This document shows positions 31,744 through 41,712 of a DNA stretch of 64,000 nt, in pieces; within the stretch, counting starts at the first letter, position 1, and each line of letters starts with the position of its first letter. The position numbers were made by a program, and so were the translations under genes. Source of the DNA: an uncultured Clostridia bacterium. Its GTDB lineage: Bacteria > Bacillota > Clostridia > Christensenellales > UBA1242. The stretch is from assembly GCA_934747885.1 (NCBI GenBank), contig CAKVHE010000001.1:364052-428051 (forward strand), given 5' to 3'. Below the pieces are notes generated by a model. It was not told the DNA's origin and searched no databases. It saw only the letters and a program-made list of their open reading frames with translations.

Positions 31744-32520
31744 TTATTTTTTGCGCGCCAAAACAAAAATACGATCAGCATTTTGAGGTTCCGCTATCTG
31801 CGAAAAATCAATATTTAATAGTTTTATATCACCAAAGCCAGTTTTTTGCAAAGCGTCCAAAATTTGGTCGGTAGGAAAAGCCTCTTCAACCATAATATCG
31901 CCCGTACGGCGGTAATATTCGGTGCTTTGCTTGATGTAATAAACTTCATTAAGCACCGTTTTTGTTTCATGTCTTGATACCTTTGAAACATAGTCTAGGT
32001 TTTCGGCTTGTTCATAAATAACTTCTTCCCAGCCGTTTAGTTTTTTTTGAGTGTAAAAGTCAAACAAAAAATATCCGTTTTTGTTTAATAGTTTGTGCAC
32101 GGTTTTGAAAAACTTTTGCCATTCATCAAAGTTATTAAACATATTAACAACGTCACGGTTACACGAAACTAGGTCAAAGGTGCGTTTTAGTTTAAAATCA
32201 TAGAGTTGTTTTACGTACTCAAAAGTTATATCATGGTAGCGGTTTTTTACATAATTTATGTAACCAAGCGCGTTGTCCACACCCATACACTCGCTTACTA
32301 CATTTTTTAAAATGCTAATAAACTCACCTGAGCCCGAACAGATGTCCAGCGCCGAATTGATGTCACGGTTGCCTTCTTTTAAATACTTAATTAAGTTGTT
32401 TGCAAGAGTGGTCGAAAAATAGCCTTGCCTACGGCTCCATGCCTCAGCGTACCATTCGTCAAAGTCGTACTTTGTTGCAAGTTCATGCTTGCCGTCGTCA
32501 ATAATTCTTTCCTTTGCCAT
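31744..32520 (-). CDS. Class I SAM-dependent methyltransferase
   Basis: Motif I reads ALDICSGSGEF. The product is 258 aa with an AAGGAGA RBS. Confidence 0.75.
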   Translation of the reverse strand: MAKERIIDDGKHELATKYDFDEWYAEAWSRRQGYFSTTLANNLIKYLKEGNRDINSALDICSGSGEFISILKNVVSECMGVDNALGYINYVKNRYHDITFEYVKQLYDFKLKRTFDLVSCNRDVVNMFNNFDEWQKFFKTVHKLLNKNGYFLFDFYTQKKLNGWEEVIYEQAENLDYVSKVSRHETKTVLNEVYYIKQSTEYYRRTGDIMVEEAFPTDQILDALQKTGFGDIKLLNIDFSQIAEPQNADRIFVLARKK

Positions 32521-32572
32521 TTTTGTCTCCTTATTTTAAGTATAAAAACAAATTTATTGCTTGTCAACTTTT

Positions 32573-32911
32573 TTAGTCGGCAATTACAATAACGTCCGCA
32601 CCCGTACCTGCAATATTTTTTGCCACAATCTGGTGAAAACGAGGTTTTTTTGCTAGTTCAATTTTGGCAAGTTCCGCTTGGCACTCAAAAATTTTTGCTT
32701 TTGGAATTGGTTTGGTAAACTTAACTTGTGCCACCCCACCACCGACAATTTTGACTAGCGACGACACCGAGCGCATTGGCATGGTTAGTTCGCTCTTTGC
32801 AAACTCTGCCCCACGCGGACAATTGTTGCCGGTTACTACAATTTCACCATTTGGCTTTTTGTCTGCCACCAAACTGCACCCGAGCGGGCACATAATGCAA
32901 GTAAAATTCAT
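32573..32911 (-). CDS. DUF1667 domain protein (third gene of the glpA-like operon)
   Basis: A 112 aa product with CIMCPLGC and NNCPRG. It sits in the conserved position after two FAD oxidoreductase genes. Confidence 0.7.
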   Translation of the reverse strand: MNFTCIMCPLGCSLVADKKPNGEIVVTGNNCPRGAEFAKSELTMPMRSVSSLVKIVGGGVAQVKFTKPIPKAKIFECQAELAKIELAKKPRFHQIVAKNIAGTGADVIVIAD

Positions 32912-32912
32912 A

Positions 32913-34148
32913 TTAGTTTACCCCCATTTTTATTGTTATATCACCATTTAGTTTGCTTTTGTCTACTGTTATAGTTTGCATTTCACCGGCGTTAGCGCTC
33001 ATTACAAATTTTTGCGCCACCTTTTGGTTTCCGCACCAAACTTCAATAAAGCATTTTACATACTTTTGCGTAACCCTAAACATAATTTCCATTTCGCCTT
33101 CGGTGGCAAAATAACTATTTGGCACGGTGTAACGCACCCCTGCGCCCGCCACAATGGCAAATGCGGCGGCACTTTTGTTAAGTTTGTTTTTTGCGTTAAG
33201 CCCAGCACATTTGCCCGCAAGCAAAGATTCTTTGGTTACAAAGTCCACCAAGTCGTGCACATGCAAAACGTTTCCGCAAGCAAACACATTTGGAGTACTT
33301 GTTTCGCGATATTCGTTTACTATGGCGCCTTTGGTTTTGGGGTTTATTTTTATTCCGCTTATTATATCGGTTTCAGGGATAAGCCCAACCGACAAAACTA
33401 GGCCGTCACATTCTACCAATTTTTTGGTGCTTTCAATTGGCTTGCCCGCGTCATCAACTTCGGCCACAATTACGCCCGTAACGTTTGGACTACCAACCAC
33501 TTCCACTACCGTGGTTTTTAGGTGTAGCGGTATGTCGTAATCTTTTACGCATTGCAAGATATTTCGCGCTAGTCCACTTGTTTGAGGCATAACTTCCAGA
33601 ATCATCTGTGGTTTTGCGCCCTCCAAGGTAAGCCTGCGCGCCATAATTAAACCAATATCCCCACTACCCAAAATAACCGGTTTTTTGCAAGGCAACTTGC
33701 CATAAATGTTTACCATTTTTTGCACCTGCCCCGCCGTCCACACGCCGTTTGGTCTAGTGCCGGTTAGGCAAATGGCGCCAGCGGTACGTTCTCTGCACCC
33801 CATTGCCAACACCAAAGACTTGTAATAAACTTCGGTTAGACCCAACGGCGAACTAACAACAATTTTTTTGTTATCAACCGCCAGCACATAACTGTTTAGC
33901 ATAACTTCCACTTTGGTGGCTTTTAGCGCATCTACAAAGCGTCTTGCGTATTCCGGCCCCGTAAGTTCTTCACCAAAATAATGCAAACCAAAGCCCGAAT
34001 GTATGCACTGATTTAGTATCCCGCCAAGTTTGGCGTCACGTTCAATTAGCAAAGTACTTGCGCCTGTTTTTTCCGCTTCTATGGCGCTTGCCATACCGGC
34101 CGGCCCGCCACCGATAACTACTACGTCGCGTTTTATTTTGTTTGTCAT
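32913..34148 (-). CDS. NAD(P)/FAD-dependent (pyridine nucleotide-disulfide type) oxidoreductase
   Basis: VVVIGGGPAGMASA and a second dinucleotide fold ILGSGDIGL are present. The product is 411 aa. Confidence 0.75.
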   Translation of the reverse strand: MTNKIKRDVVVIGGGPAGMASAIEAEKTGASTLLIERDAKLGGILNQCIHSGFGLHYFGEELTGPEYARRFVDALKATKVEVMLNSYVLAVDNKKIVVSSPLGLTEVYYKSLVLAMGCRERTAGAICLTGTRPNGVWTAGQVQKMVNIYGKLPCKKPVILGSGDIGLIMARRLTLEGAKPQMILEVMPQTSGLARNILQCVKDYDIPLHLKTTVVEVVGSPNVTGVIVAEVDDAGKPIESTKKLVECDGLVLSVGLIPETDIISGIKINPKTKGAIVNEYRETSTPNVFACGNVLHVHDLVDFVTKESLLAGKCAGLNAKNKLNKSAAAFAIVAGAGVRYTVPNSYFATEGEMEIMFRVTQKYVKCFIEVWCGNQKVAQKFVMSANAGEMQTITVDKSKLNGDITIKMGVN

Positions 34149-35573
34149 TTACTTTCCCCCTTGTGGTTTTATGCTTTCGTGACAAATGATAGAATTTTTG
34201 CCGTCTTTGCACTGGTCACCAAAGTTGGTTTTTGCACTTTTTGCTAGCGTTTCCATAACGCCAAACAAACAAAAACCGCCCTGACATCTGCCCATACCTG
34301 CACGGACGCGACGCTTGATGCCGTCCACCGAACGGGCGGGCAACGGTGAATTTACCGCTTCGGTAATCTGCCCCAAACTAACACCCTCACACCTGCACAC
34401 AATTTTGCCATACGATGGGTGCTTTTGTACAAACTCTGCACGCTCGGCATTGCTCATAGCGCTCAAATTGGTATAGCCTTTTCGACGCTTTAAACCTTTT
34501 ACTTCCGCCTGAGGGTCCAGCCCCAAAAGGGTGGCTACCATTTCGGCTATTGCCGGCGCCGAAGTTAGTCCCGGCGAACAAATACCCGCCAAATTTATTA
34601 CATTTGGCACTTTTGCACTTTTTTCTATAACAAAGTCTTCACCGACAATATTTCTCACGCCCGAAAACACTCTAATGGTTTGATTAAACGGCAAACCGTT
34701 GTACATTTCTTCGGTCTGCGTTTTAATTTCTGCAAGCCCAAGCGTGCTGGTGATAGGCTCCTCGCCAGATGGTATACTGGTTGGCCCCACCATAAGGTTG
34801 CCATGCACCGTTTCGGTTACCAAAATACCTTTGCTATCTTTGGTTGGAAGAGGGAAAATGGTATGATTTACATAGCCCGCCACCTTTTTGTCCAAAAGGT
34901 AATATTCGCCTCGCCTAAACTTTATGTCGTAAGTTTCGGCGCCAAGCAAGCGCGCTATGTCGTTGTAGCCCGCCCCGCAAGAATTTACAACATAGGTGCT
35001 TTCAACCTTTCTGCCATCTTGTGCCACAATTTCAAACTTGCCCGCTTTTTTGATGATTTTTTTGGTGTCAAATTCTAGTAGCACCGTTCCGCCATTTATT
35101 ATAGCTTCTTCGGCAAGGGCAATTGGCAAATCGTAAGAACTAACTTCCCCGCCCGTGCCAGCAAAAAGAGCACATACATTTTTTTGCTTTAAGTTTGGCT
35201 CCATTTTGCAAAGCGCGTCAGCTTCAATAATTTTGAGTTTTGGCACGCCGTTTTGCTTGCCACGTTCCAAAAGTTCCACCAGTTTTTGGCGGTCTTCGCC
35301 CACTACCAAATGTCCGCGCTGAACAAAAGGCACGCCAAGTCGGGCAGCCAAATCTTTCCACATTGCATTCCCGCGCACATTAAGTTTGGCTTTTAGGGTG
35401 TTTGGTTTGCAGTCAAAACCGGCGTGAATAAGTGCGCTGTTTGCTTTGCTAGAACCAAAACCAACATCGTTTTGTTTTTCAATTAAGCAGACTTTTTTGC
35501 CAAGGCGCACGAGTTTATTAAATATTGCGGTGCCTACCACGCCACCGCCAATAACGGTAATATCGTATTTCAT
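34149..35573 (-). CDS. FAD-dependent glycerol-3-phosphate dehydrogenase/oxidase-like protein with a C-terminal BFD-like [2Fe-2S] domain
   Basis: ITVIGGGVVGTAIF is present. The C-terminal cysteines are CRCEGVS ... GMGRCQGGFC. The gene is divergent from glpK. Confidence 0.7.
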   Translation of the reverse strand: MKYDITVIGGGVVGTAIFNKLVRLGKKVCLIEKQNDVGFGSSKANSALIHAGFDCKPNTLKAKLNVRGNAMWKDLAARLGVPFVQRGHLVVGEDRQKLVELLERGKQNGVPKLKIIEADALCKMEPNLKQKNVCALFAGTGGEVSSYDLPIALAEEAIINGGTVLLEFDTKKIIKKAGKFEIVAQDGRKVESTYVVNSCGAGYNDIARLLGAETYDIKFRRGEYYLLDKKVAGYVNHTIFPLPTKDSKGILVTETVHGNLMVGPTSIPSGEEPITSTLGLAEIKTQTEEMYNGLPFNQTIRVFSGVRNIVGEDFVIEKSAKVPNVINLAGICSPGLTSAPAIAEMVATLLGLDPQAEVKGLKRRKGYTNLSAMSNAERAEFVQKHPSYGKIVCRCEGVSLGQITEAVNSPLPARSVDGIKRRVRAGMGRCQGGFCLFGVMETLAKSAKTNFGDQCKDGKNSIICHESIKPQGGK

Positions 35574-35691
35574 ATAATCTCCTTGATTTAAGTTTAGTAT
35601 ATATTTTTTTTGTTGTCAAACTTATTTTGCCCCGCTTATTATTTGATTAAACAAAATTTTTTTGGTACAATATTTTTAGGAGAACAAAGTT

Positions 35692-37167
35692 ATGAAAAGA
35701 TATATTTTGGCAATAGACGAAGGCACCACCAGCGAACGCATTTTGCTGTTTGACGCCAAAAAAAATGAAATTGTGGACATAGAGCAAGCCAAACTTGCTT
35801 GCGACTACCCCTTTAATGGATGGGTGGAACAAGACGCGGAAGAGATTTTTAACAAAACTTTTAACTCTCTTGAAAAGATTGTTAAAAGAAACAAACTTAC
35901 CAGCGCCAACACCTACGGAATTGGCATAACCAACCAACGCGAAACCACCATTGCATGGAACAAAAAAACGGGCAAGGTACTGGCGCCCGCCATTGTTTGG
36001 CAGTGTAGACGCACCGCTGACTACTGCAACAAAATAAGCGAAAAAGACAAGTCTTGGTTAAAACAAAAAACCGGACTGGTTTTGGACGCCTATTTTAGTG
36101 CCACCAAAATGCGCTGGCTACTAGACCACAACAAAGAAGTTTTGGCTCTTGCCAAAAAAGGCGAACTTGCGCTTGGCACCGTGGACGCTTTTTTAATTTA
36201 TAAACTAACAAAGGGCGAAGTGTTTGCCACTGACGCCACCAACGCCAGCCGAACCATGCTTTGTGACCTATCTGCGCCTTTATGCTATGACCCAACTTTG
36301 CTAAAATTCTTTGGTATTCCACAGTCGGCTCTGGCAGAAGTGCGAGATAACATCTCAAATTTTGGCACTACCACCATACTTGGGCAAAACTTTCCTATTG
36401 TTGCCAGCATCGGCGATCAGCAATCTTCGCTGTTTGGTCAAGGCTGCTACCGTGCGGGCGAAGCAAAATGCACTTATGGCACCGGCGCCTTTGTTTTGGT
36501 AAATCAGGGAAACAAACTCCCCACCCCAAATAGCAAACTGCTTTCTACCGTGGCGTGGCATCTAAACGGCAAACCAACCTACGCCCTAGAAGGTAGCGTG
36601 TTTAATGTTGGTAGCACCATTGAACTATTTAAAAACAACCTAAATTTGTTTAATTCGCTTGCCGAACTGGATAGTTTTGAACTTTCCCACGATGCTAGTA
36701 GCGAACTATATTTGGTGCCAGCCTTTACCGGACTTGGTGCGCCTTATTGGGCACCAAATGCAAGGGGTGCAATTTTGGGCATGACCTTAAATACCACCCG
36801 CAAGGATATTTTGCGTGCGGGGCTAGAATCATTTGCTTATTCCGTCTATGATATTCTGGCGGAACTAAAAACTGCAAACATAAAAATAAAAGGGCTATCG
36901 GTGGACGGTGGCGTTAGCAAAAATGATTATATGCTAAAATTTGAAGCCAGTTTGATTGGTGCCCCGGTTACGCGCGCCGGAAGTCACGAAGGCACCGCGC
37001 TTGGCGCCATATTTTTGACCGGTCTTGGCACGGGCGCTTACCAAAGTTTGGACGACCTTGCCGAACTAACACAAAAAGCCGAGAGCTTTAAGCCTACCCT
37101 ATCCACCCGTGAAGTTACCAAACTAGTTGCCGGTTGGCACGACGCCGTTAACCGCGTGATTGAGTAG
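35692..37167 (+). CDS. glpK: Glycerol kinase
   Basis: A 491 aa product with AIDEGTTSERILLF, GITNQRETTIAWN and YGTGAF. Confidence 0.95.
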   Translation: MKRYILAIDEGTTSERILLFDAKKNEIVDIEQAKLACDYPFNGWVEQDAEEIFNKTFNSLEKIVKRNKLTSANTYGIGITNQRETTIAWNKKTGKVLAPAIVWQCRRTADYCNKISEKDKSWLKQKTGLVLDAYFSATKMRWLLDHNKEVLALAKKGELALGTVDAFLIYKLTKGEVFATDATNASRTMLCDLSAPLCYDPTLLKFFGIPQSALAEVRDNISNFGTTTILGQNFPIVASIGDQQSSLFGQGCYRAGEAKCTYGTGAFVLVNQGNKLPTPNSKLLSTVAWHLNGKPTYALEGSVFNVGSTIELFKNNLNLFNSLAELDSFELSHDASSELYLVPAFTGLGAPYWAPNARGAILGMTLNTTRKDILRAGLESFAYSVYDILAELKTANIKIKGLSVDGGVSKNDYMLKFEASLIGAPVTRAGSHEGTALGAIFLTGLGTGAYQSLDDLAELTQKAESFKPTLSTREVTKLVAGWHDAVNRVIE

Positions 37168-37173
37168 TTGGAA

Positions 37174-37218
37174 TAAAAAATTACCGCACCCAGAATTATG
37201 GGTGCGGTTTGTTATTTG
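37174..37218. terminator. Bidirectional intrinsic terminator between glpK and the convergent small gene
   Basis: The stem is accgcaccc/gggtgcggt (37183-37191 and 37200-37208). It is flanked by an A-run and a T-rich tract. Confidence 0.7.
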
Positions 37219-37385
37219 TATTCTTCTAAAACTTGCAATAGTTCTAAATCTTCTTTGGACAAAATCAGTTTTGGTTTGTCAGTATCTGGTTTTTGTTTTT
37301 TTGGTTCGTTTGGTGATTTTTTGTCTTCTTCCACCAATTCAAAGGTGCCCGAAGCAAGATTGCCTGCATATTTTATTTGAGCCAT
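37212..37385 (-). CDS. Small (57 aa) Lys/Glu/Pro-rich protein co-transcribed with paralog 2
   Basis: The start is taken at MAQIKYAGNLASG (ATG 37385) after AAAGGGGGA. It lies 14 nt downstream of the stop of 37400-38125. Confidence 0.5.
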   Translation of the reverse strand: MAQIKYAGNLASGTFELVEEDKKSPNEPKKQKPDTDKPKLILSKEDLELLQVLEEYK

Positions 37386-37399
37386 ATTTCCCCCTTTGT

Positions 37400-38125
37400 T
37401 TACGCTACCATAAATTCTAGCGTAAATGCCCAATCGCCAGAAATTTTGCTAATTTTATTGGTTTGCACTAGGTCTTCGTCTAATGTTAAGGTCATTTTAA
37501 AGTATATAATCGGTTTGTCAGAAGTGGTGGTTACGCTTTGTGCACTTGCTAGCGTTTGTACGCCAGGAGTTTTGTTTTCGCTGTCAAAACTTACGCTTTC
37601 GCCCCTTGCGCCTAAATAGTATTCATAAGTAGCGGTCAAGCCTTGTGGCACATCGCTATAGGTTAATTGCGCGCGGGTTTCACTTTCGGCGTCTGCATCT
37701 CGCGTAAAAGTAAAGTAGTAGCAAATTTGTGGGTGCAAGTTGTCCACATTTAATGTGGTACCTTCTAGCACGGCATTAACCTTCATATTGGCGCCGTCCA
37801 CACTGGTGGTATGTTCGCCCACTTCGGTTGTATAAATAGTGCCGGAAAAATCTGCTGCCTCTTCACCCTTTTTAAAAGACGCTATGGTATTTTCGCCATA
37901 CACCCCGCCGGTACGACGCGCCGACAGCGAGCCTTGAACAATGGCAATTTTTACTTTTATGTTATTTTCGATGGCAACGGTATAGTTAGTTGATGTTGCA
38001 TAAACGCCCACGGCAAGAAGAGCAAACGAACAAACCACAGCCAAGAGCGAATAAACCAGCCGTTTGGACAATCTTTTGCGCGCTTTTGTTTGTGAAGCGG
38101 TGTAATGAACCTTAGATTTTGCCAT
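37400..38125 (-). CDS. Secreted or signal-anchored beta-rich protein, paralog 2
   Basis: A 241 aa product. AVGVYATSTNYTVAIENNIKV and the C-terminal ISGDWAFTLEFMVA parallel 28439-29149. Confidence 0.6.
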   Translation of the reverse strand: MAKSKVHYTASQTKARKRLSKRLVYSLLAVVCSFALLAVGVYATSTNYTVAIENNIKVKIAIVQGSLSARRTGGVYGENTIASFKKGEEAADFSGTIYTTEVGEHTTSVDGANMKVNAVLEGTTLNVDNLHPQICYYFTFTRDADAESETRAQLTYSDVPQGLTATYEYYLGARGESVSFDSENKTPGVQTLASAQSVTTTSDKPIIYFKMTLTLDEDLVQTNKISKISGDWAFTLEFMVA

Positions 38126-38238
38126 TGCTACTCCTTTTTGAGTATATTATAACTAATTAAAATTTTTGTGTCAAACAAAAATAGCACACTAGCCAAAACT
38201 AGTATGCTATTATTTTGTTTTATTTTTTTGTTTTTATT

Positions 38239-39630
38239 TTACAATTTTTCAATTTTGTAGCCGTCTTTGCTATCCAAAATTTTGTAACCCTTTTGCGCTA
38301 GTTCGTCGCGCAGGCTATCCGCCAAGGCAAAATTTTTGTCTTTTTTGGCTTGCCAACGCTTTTCGGCAAGTTCTTTTATGTCACTGCCTAATTCCAAAGT
38401 ATCTTCTGCCAAATGCTTTTCAGCGTTTTGCAAATCTAGCCCCAAAACTTCATCAAATTTTAGTAACAATTTATAAATTTTTGGGCTCTTTTGTGGAAGT
38501 TTTACCAGTTCCCAAACGATGCCTAATGCTTGTGGACAATTTAAGTTGTCGTTTATGGCCGACAAAAAACGGTTGTCAAAATCTGCAATAACCTCATCAG
38601 CCACTTCGTCGGTACCATTTTTGTTAAGCAAGGTTTGTTTGTAAAGTTTGGTTAGCGCGGTGTTGCTACTTGCAAGTTCATTTAATGTAAAGTTTTGTTG
38701 TTTTGCATAGTGCGCGTTTAAGAAAAAATATCTTAGGTCTAGCGGACGAAAACCTTTTTGTTTTAAGGTCTGCAAATTCCACACGTTGCCAAGGCTTTTG
38801 CTCATCTTGCCGCCGTCTACCATAAGGTGCTCGTGATGCAACCAACGATGTACCACTTCTTTGCCTGCCCTACCGTAGTTTTGCGCTATTTCGTTTTCGT
38901 GGTGAATTGTTTTATGCTCAATACCGCCGCCATGCAAATCTACGCTATCGCCAAAAAACTTGTAGCAAATTGCCGAGCACTCAATGTGCCAACCCGGATA
39001 ACCAAGTCCCCAAGGGCTTTCCCACTTCATTATATGATTTTCTGGCGCCTTTACCCACAAAGCAAAGTCGGCAGGATGACGCTTGTCTTCGTCCACCTCT
39101 ATACGTGCACCCGCCAATTTGTCTTCGAGTTTTACGCCCGAAAGTTTGCCATAATCGGCAAATTTGCTAACATCATAATAAATACCTTTTGGCGTTTCGT
39201 AGGCGTAGCCATTTTTTATAAGGGTTTGGACAAAATCTATAATTTCCGGAATGACGTTGGTTGCTTTTTCGATATGAGTTGGCGTTAAAATGTTTAGTTC
39301 TTTCATATCATTCAAGCAAATGTTTGTGTAATAGTTTGCTATTTCGGTTGGGGTGCGATGTTCGCGCTGGCTTGCCACCAACATTTTGTCGTCACCCGTG
39401 TCGGCATCACTAGTTAGGTGCCCAACATCAGTAATATTCATAACGCTTTCTACCGGTATGCCGTTGTACATAATGGCACGACGAATGGTGTCCATCACAA
39501 AAAAGGCACGCATATTGCCGATGTGTTGAGTGCTATATACGGTTGGCCCACAATAATACATGGTTGCCACTTTGCCCGCGGGCACAAAATCGGTTATGCT
39601 GTTTGTTAATGCGTTGTATAATTTTAACAT
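38239..39630 (-). CDS. cysS: Cysteine--tRNA ligase
   Basis: A 463 aa product. YCGPTVYSTQHIGNMR is the HIGH region and GKMSKSLGN is the KMSKS motif. Confidence 0.95.
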   Translation of the reverse strand: MLKLYNALTNSITDFVPAGKVATMYYCGPTVYSTQHIGNMRAFFVMDTIRRAIMYNGIPVESVMNITDVGHLTSDADTGDDKMLVASQREHRTPTEIANYYTNICLNDMKELNILTPTHIEKATNVIPEIIDFVQTLIKNGYAYETPKGIYYDVSKFADYGKLSGVKLEDKLAGARIEVDEDKRHPADFALWVKAPENHIMKWESPWGLGYPGWHIECSAICYKFFGDSVDLHGGGIEHKTIHHENEIAQNYGRAGKEVVHRWLHHEHLMVDGGKMSKSLGNVWNLQTLKQKGFRPLDLRYFFLNAHYAKQQNFTLNELASSNTALTKLYKQTLLNKNGTDEVADEVIADFDNRFLSAINDNLNCPQALGIVWELVKLPQKSPKIYKLLLKFDEVLGLDLQNAEKHLAEDTLELGSDIKELAEKRWQAKKDKNFALADSLRDELAQKGYKILDSKDGYKIEKL

Positions 39631-39638
39631 ATTGCTCC

Positions 39639-40028
39639 TTAGTCGATAAGTTTGGATAAATTTCTTGCCGACTTTATTATTTTGTCTTTGTTTTTTAGTC
39701 TATTTAAAGAATTTTCTACATTTTTTAGTTTGTCGTTTAACAAATTTTCACCTTTGGTAGTTATGTAGTAATAAATTTCGCGCTTGTTTAATAGTTCCCT
39801 ATTTTTAGAAATAAGCCCATCTTTAACTAGCGCGTTGCAACAAATTGCCAAATTGCTTTTGTTTACGCCCAAAATATCTATCAAAATTTTTGGCGGTGTT
39901 TTGCCGTTTTTAGAAATAAGATACAAAATTTTGTGTTTTAGTTCAAAATTTTCGCCCGTACCTGCTTCTAGCAAAAAATCAAAACCAATTTTTAAATCTA
40001 AAATTTCTCGTGCTATAGTGTTTTTCAT
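39639..40028 (-). CDS. MarR-like winged-helix transcriptional regulator
   Basis: About 129 aa. PPKILIDILGVNKSNLAICCNALVKDGLISK reads as an HTH plus wing. Possible starts are ATG 40028 (after GGTGGCAGGA) or GTG 40037, which abuts the metG stop. Confidence 0.55.
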   Translation of the reverse strand: MKNTIAREILDLKIGFDFLLEAGTGENFELKHKILYLISKNGKTPPKILIDILGVNKSNLAICCNALVKDGLISKNRELLNKREIYYYITTKGENLLNDKLKNVENSLNRLKNKDKIIKSARNLSKLID

Positions 40029-40037
40029 TCCTGCCAC

Positions 40038-41630
40038 CTATATGCGAGTAAATAGCATTGTTACTTTGCTTAAATCTACCTTGCCATAAGTAGTAATTGG
40101 CTTCCATTCTGCTTTTCCGGTGCCAAACAACTCACGTATGGTGCGCGCAGTAGTTGGCATAAATGGTTCAGCCAAATTGCCAAGGTTGGCAATTAAAAGT
40201 GCGCAAGTGGCTATGGTCTTGTCAAACCCTGCTTTGTCTTCTTTTAGTTGAACCCAAGGTTTTTGTTCGTCAAAATATTTATTGCCTTCCATTACCAAAT
40301 CTAAAAGTAAACTTCCTGCTTTTTTAAACTCAGTATTTTCTATTTCGGTGCCAATTTGGGTGTATGCTTCTTTAATTTTTTTCAAAATTTCGGCGTCCAC
40401 TTCGGCTTGTGGCAATTCTTCTAGACCCTTGTATTTTAGGGTACGGTTAACCAAATTTCCCAGTTTGTTAACAATTTCGTTGTGACAAACTTTGTATAGG
40501 TCGCTGGTAAAGTTTATATCCTTTTTTTCTGGCCCGTTTACGCAAAAATAAAATCTCAGCGTGTCGGTGTTGTATTCATTTGCCCACCACAACGCTTCTA
40601 CATTTTCTTTGGTGTTTGATTTGCTAATTTTTTGGTCGTTTATTAGCAAATATTCGGCTGATACCATACGGTCAGGAATAAACCAATTGTCGTTTAAGCC
40701 TTTTAGCATCGCCGGCAAAAACATAGAGTGGAACACAATATTGTCTTTGGCATGACAAAGATAAATGCGCTTGTCGGTTGCCGAAGTAGTTTTCCAATAA
40801 TCTTCAAATTTTTGTCCGGTGCGCGCGCAGTACTTCATGGTACCGGTGATGTAGCCAAGCAAGGCTTCCCACCATACCCAAACCACTTTGCCCTCGTAGC
40901 CCGGCAATGGAATTTCTACGCCCCAATCTAAGTCGCGTGAAAAGTCACGGTCGCGCAAGTCGTCCAAATACTTTTGAGTTTCGTTTATGGAGTTGGCGCG
41001 CCAATATTTTTTGTTGTCGTCTAGATGTTTTTGCAAAAAGTCCTTAAAGGCGGTAAGTTTAAATACCAGCACCTTGTTTTCGCGTTGCTCGGTTTTTGTT
41101 CCGCATACCAAACACTTTGCCCCCACTAAATCGGCCTCATTTGGAACATAACCGCAGTCGCAGTTGTCGGCCTTGGTGGTACGACCACAAACCGGACAGA
41201 CAATTTCTATCTCGGTGTCGTTTACAAACTTGTTACAATGTGGACAAAATGGGCGGCTGTTTACTTTTTCATACAAATAACCGTTGTCGTATAATTTTTT
41301 AAAAATCTTTTTGGCCTCGTTTTTATGAAATTCATCATAAGTAATGCCAAAATCATCAAAAGAAAATTCAAACTTTTTTAATGCTTCTCTAAAATTGGCA
41401 TCGTATTTGTCTACAATATCTTTTGGAGTGCAACCTTGTTGGCGAGCCTTGATTGAAGGCTTGGTGCCGTGGCTATCGGTGCCGGAAATCATGGCAACAT
41501 TGTCACCGAGAGCGCGGTGATAGCGCGCCAAAATGTCGCCCGAAAGCGAAGACGCTATGTAGCCTATATGTAAATTGTTGTTGGCGTATGGCCAAGATAC
41601 GCACACTGTTATATTTCGTTTTCTATCCAT
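40038..41630 (-). CDS. metG: Methionine--tRNA ligase (short form)
   Basis: A 530 aa product. PYANNNLHIGY is the HIGH region, the zinc knuckle is CPHC...CPVCG, and KISKSN is the KMSKS motif. Confidence 0.93.
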   Translation of the reverse strand: MDRKRNITVCVSWPYANNNLHIGYIASSLSGDILARYHRALGDNVAMISGTDSHGTKPSIKARQQGCTPKDIVDKYDANFREALKKFEFSFDDFGITYDEFHKNEAKKIFKKLYDNGYLYEKVNSRPFCPHCNKFVNDTEIEIVCPVCGRTTKADNCDCGYVPNEADLVGAKCLVCGTKTEQRENKVLVFKLTAFKDFLQKHLDDNKKYWRANSINETQKYLDDLRDRDFSRDLDWGVEIPLPGYEGKVVWVWWEALLGYITGTMKYCARTGQKFEDYWKTTSATDKRIYLCHAKDNIVFHSMFLPAMLKGLNDNWFIPDRMVSAEYLLINDQKISKSNTKENVEALWWANEYNTDTLRFYFCVNGPEKKDINFTSDLYKVCHNEIVNKLGNLVNRTLKYKGLEELPQAEVDAEILKKIKEAYTQIGTEIENTEFKKAGSLLLDLVMEGNKYFDEQKPWVQLKEDKAGFDKTIATCALLIANLGNLAEPFMPTTARTIRELFGTGKAEWKPITTYGKVDLSKVTMLFTRI

Positions 41631-41712
41631 TTTTACCTCTTAATTATATTGTAGTCTTTTTTAAGGTTTTGTCAATAAACTTTTAATGTTTTGTTATTAT
41701 TTAATTACTATT

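Noticed and set aside
41631-41712. T-box or other riboswitch leaders upstream of metG, and upstream of cysS at 39631-39638.
   Set aside because: The intergenic regions are far too short for a T-box of ~200 nt or more. No specifier or T-box motif was seen.
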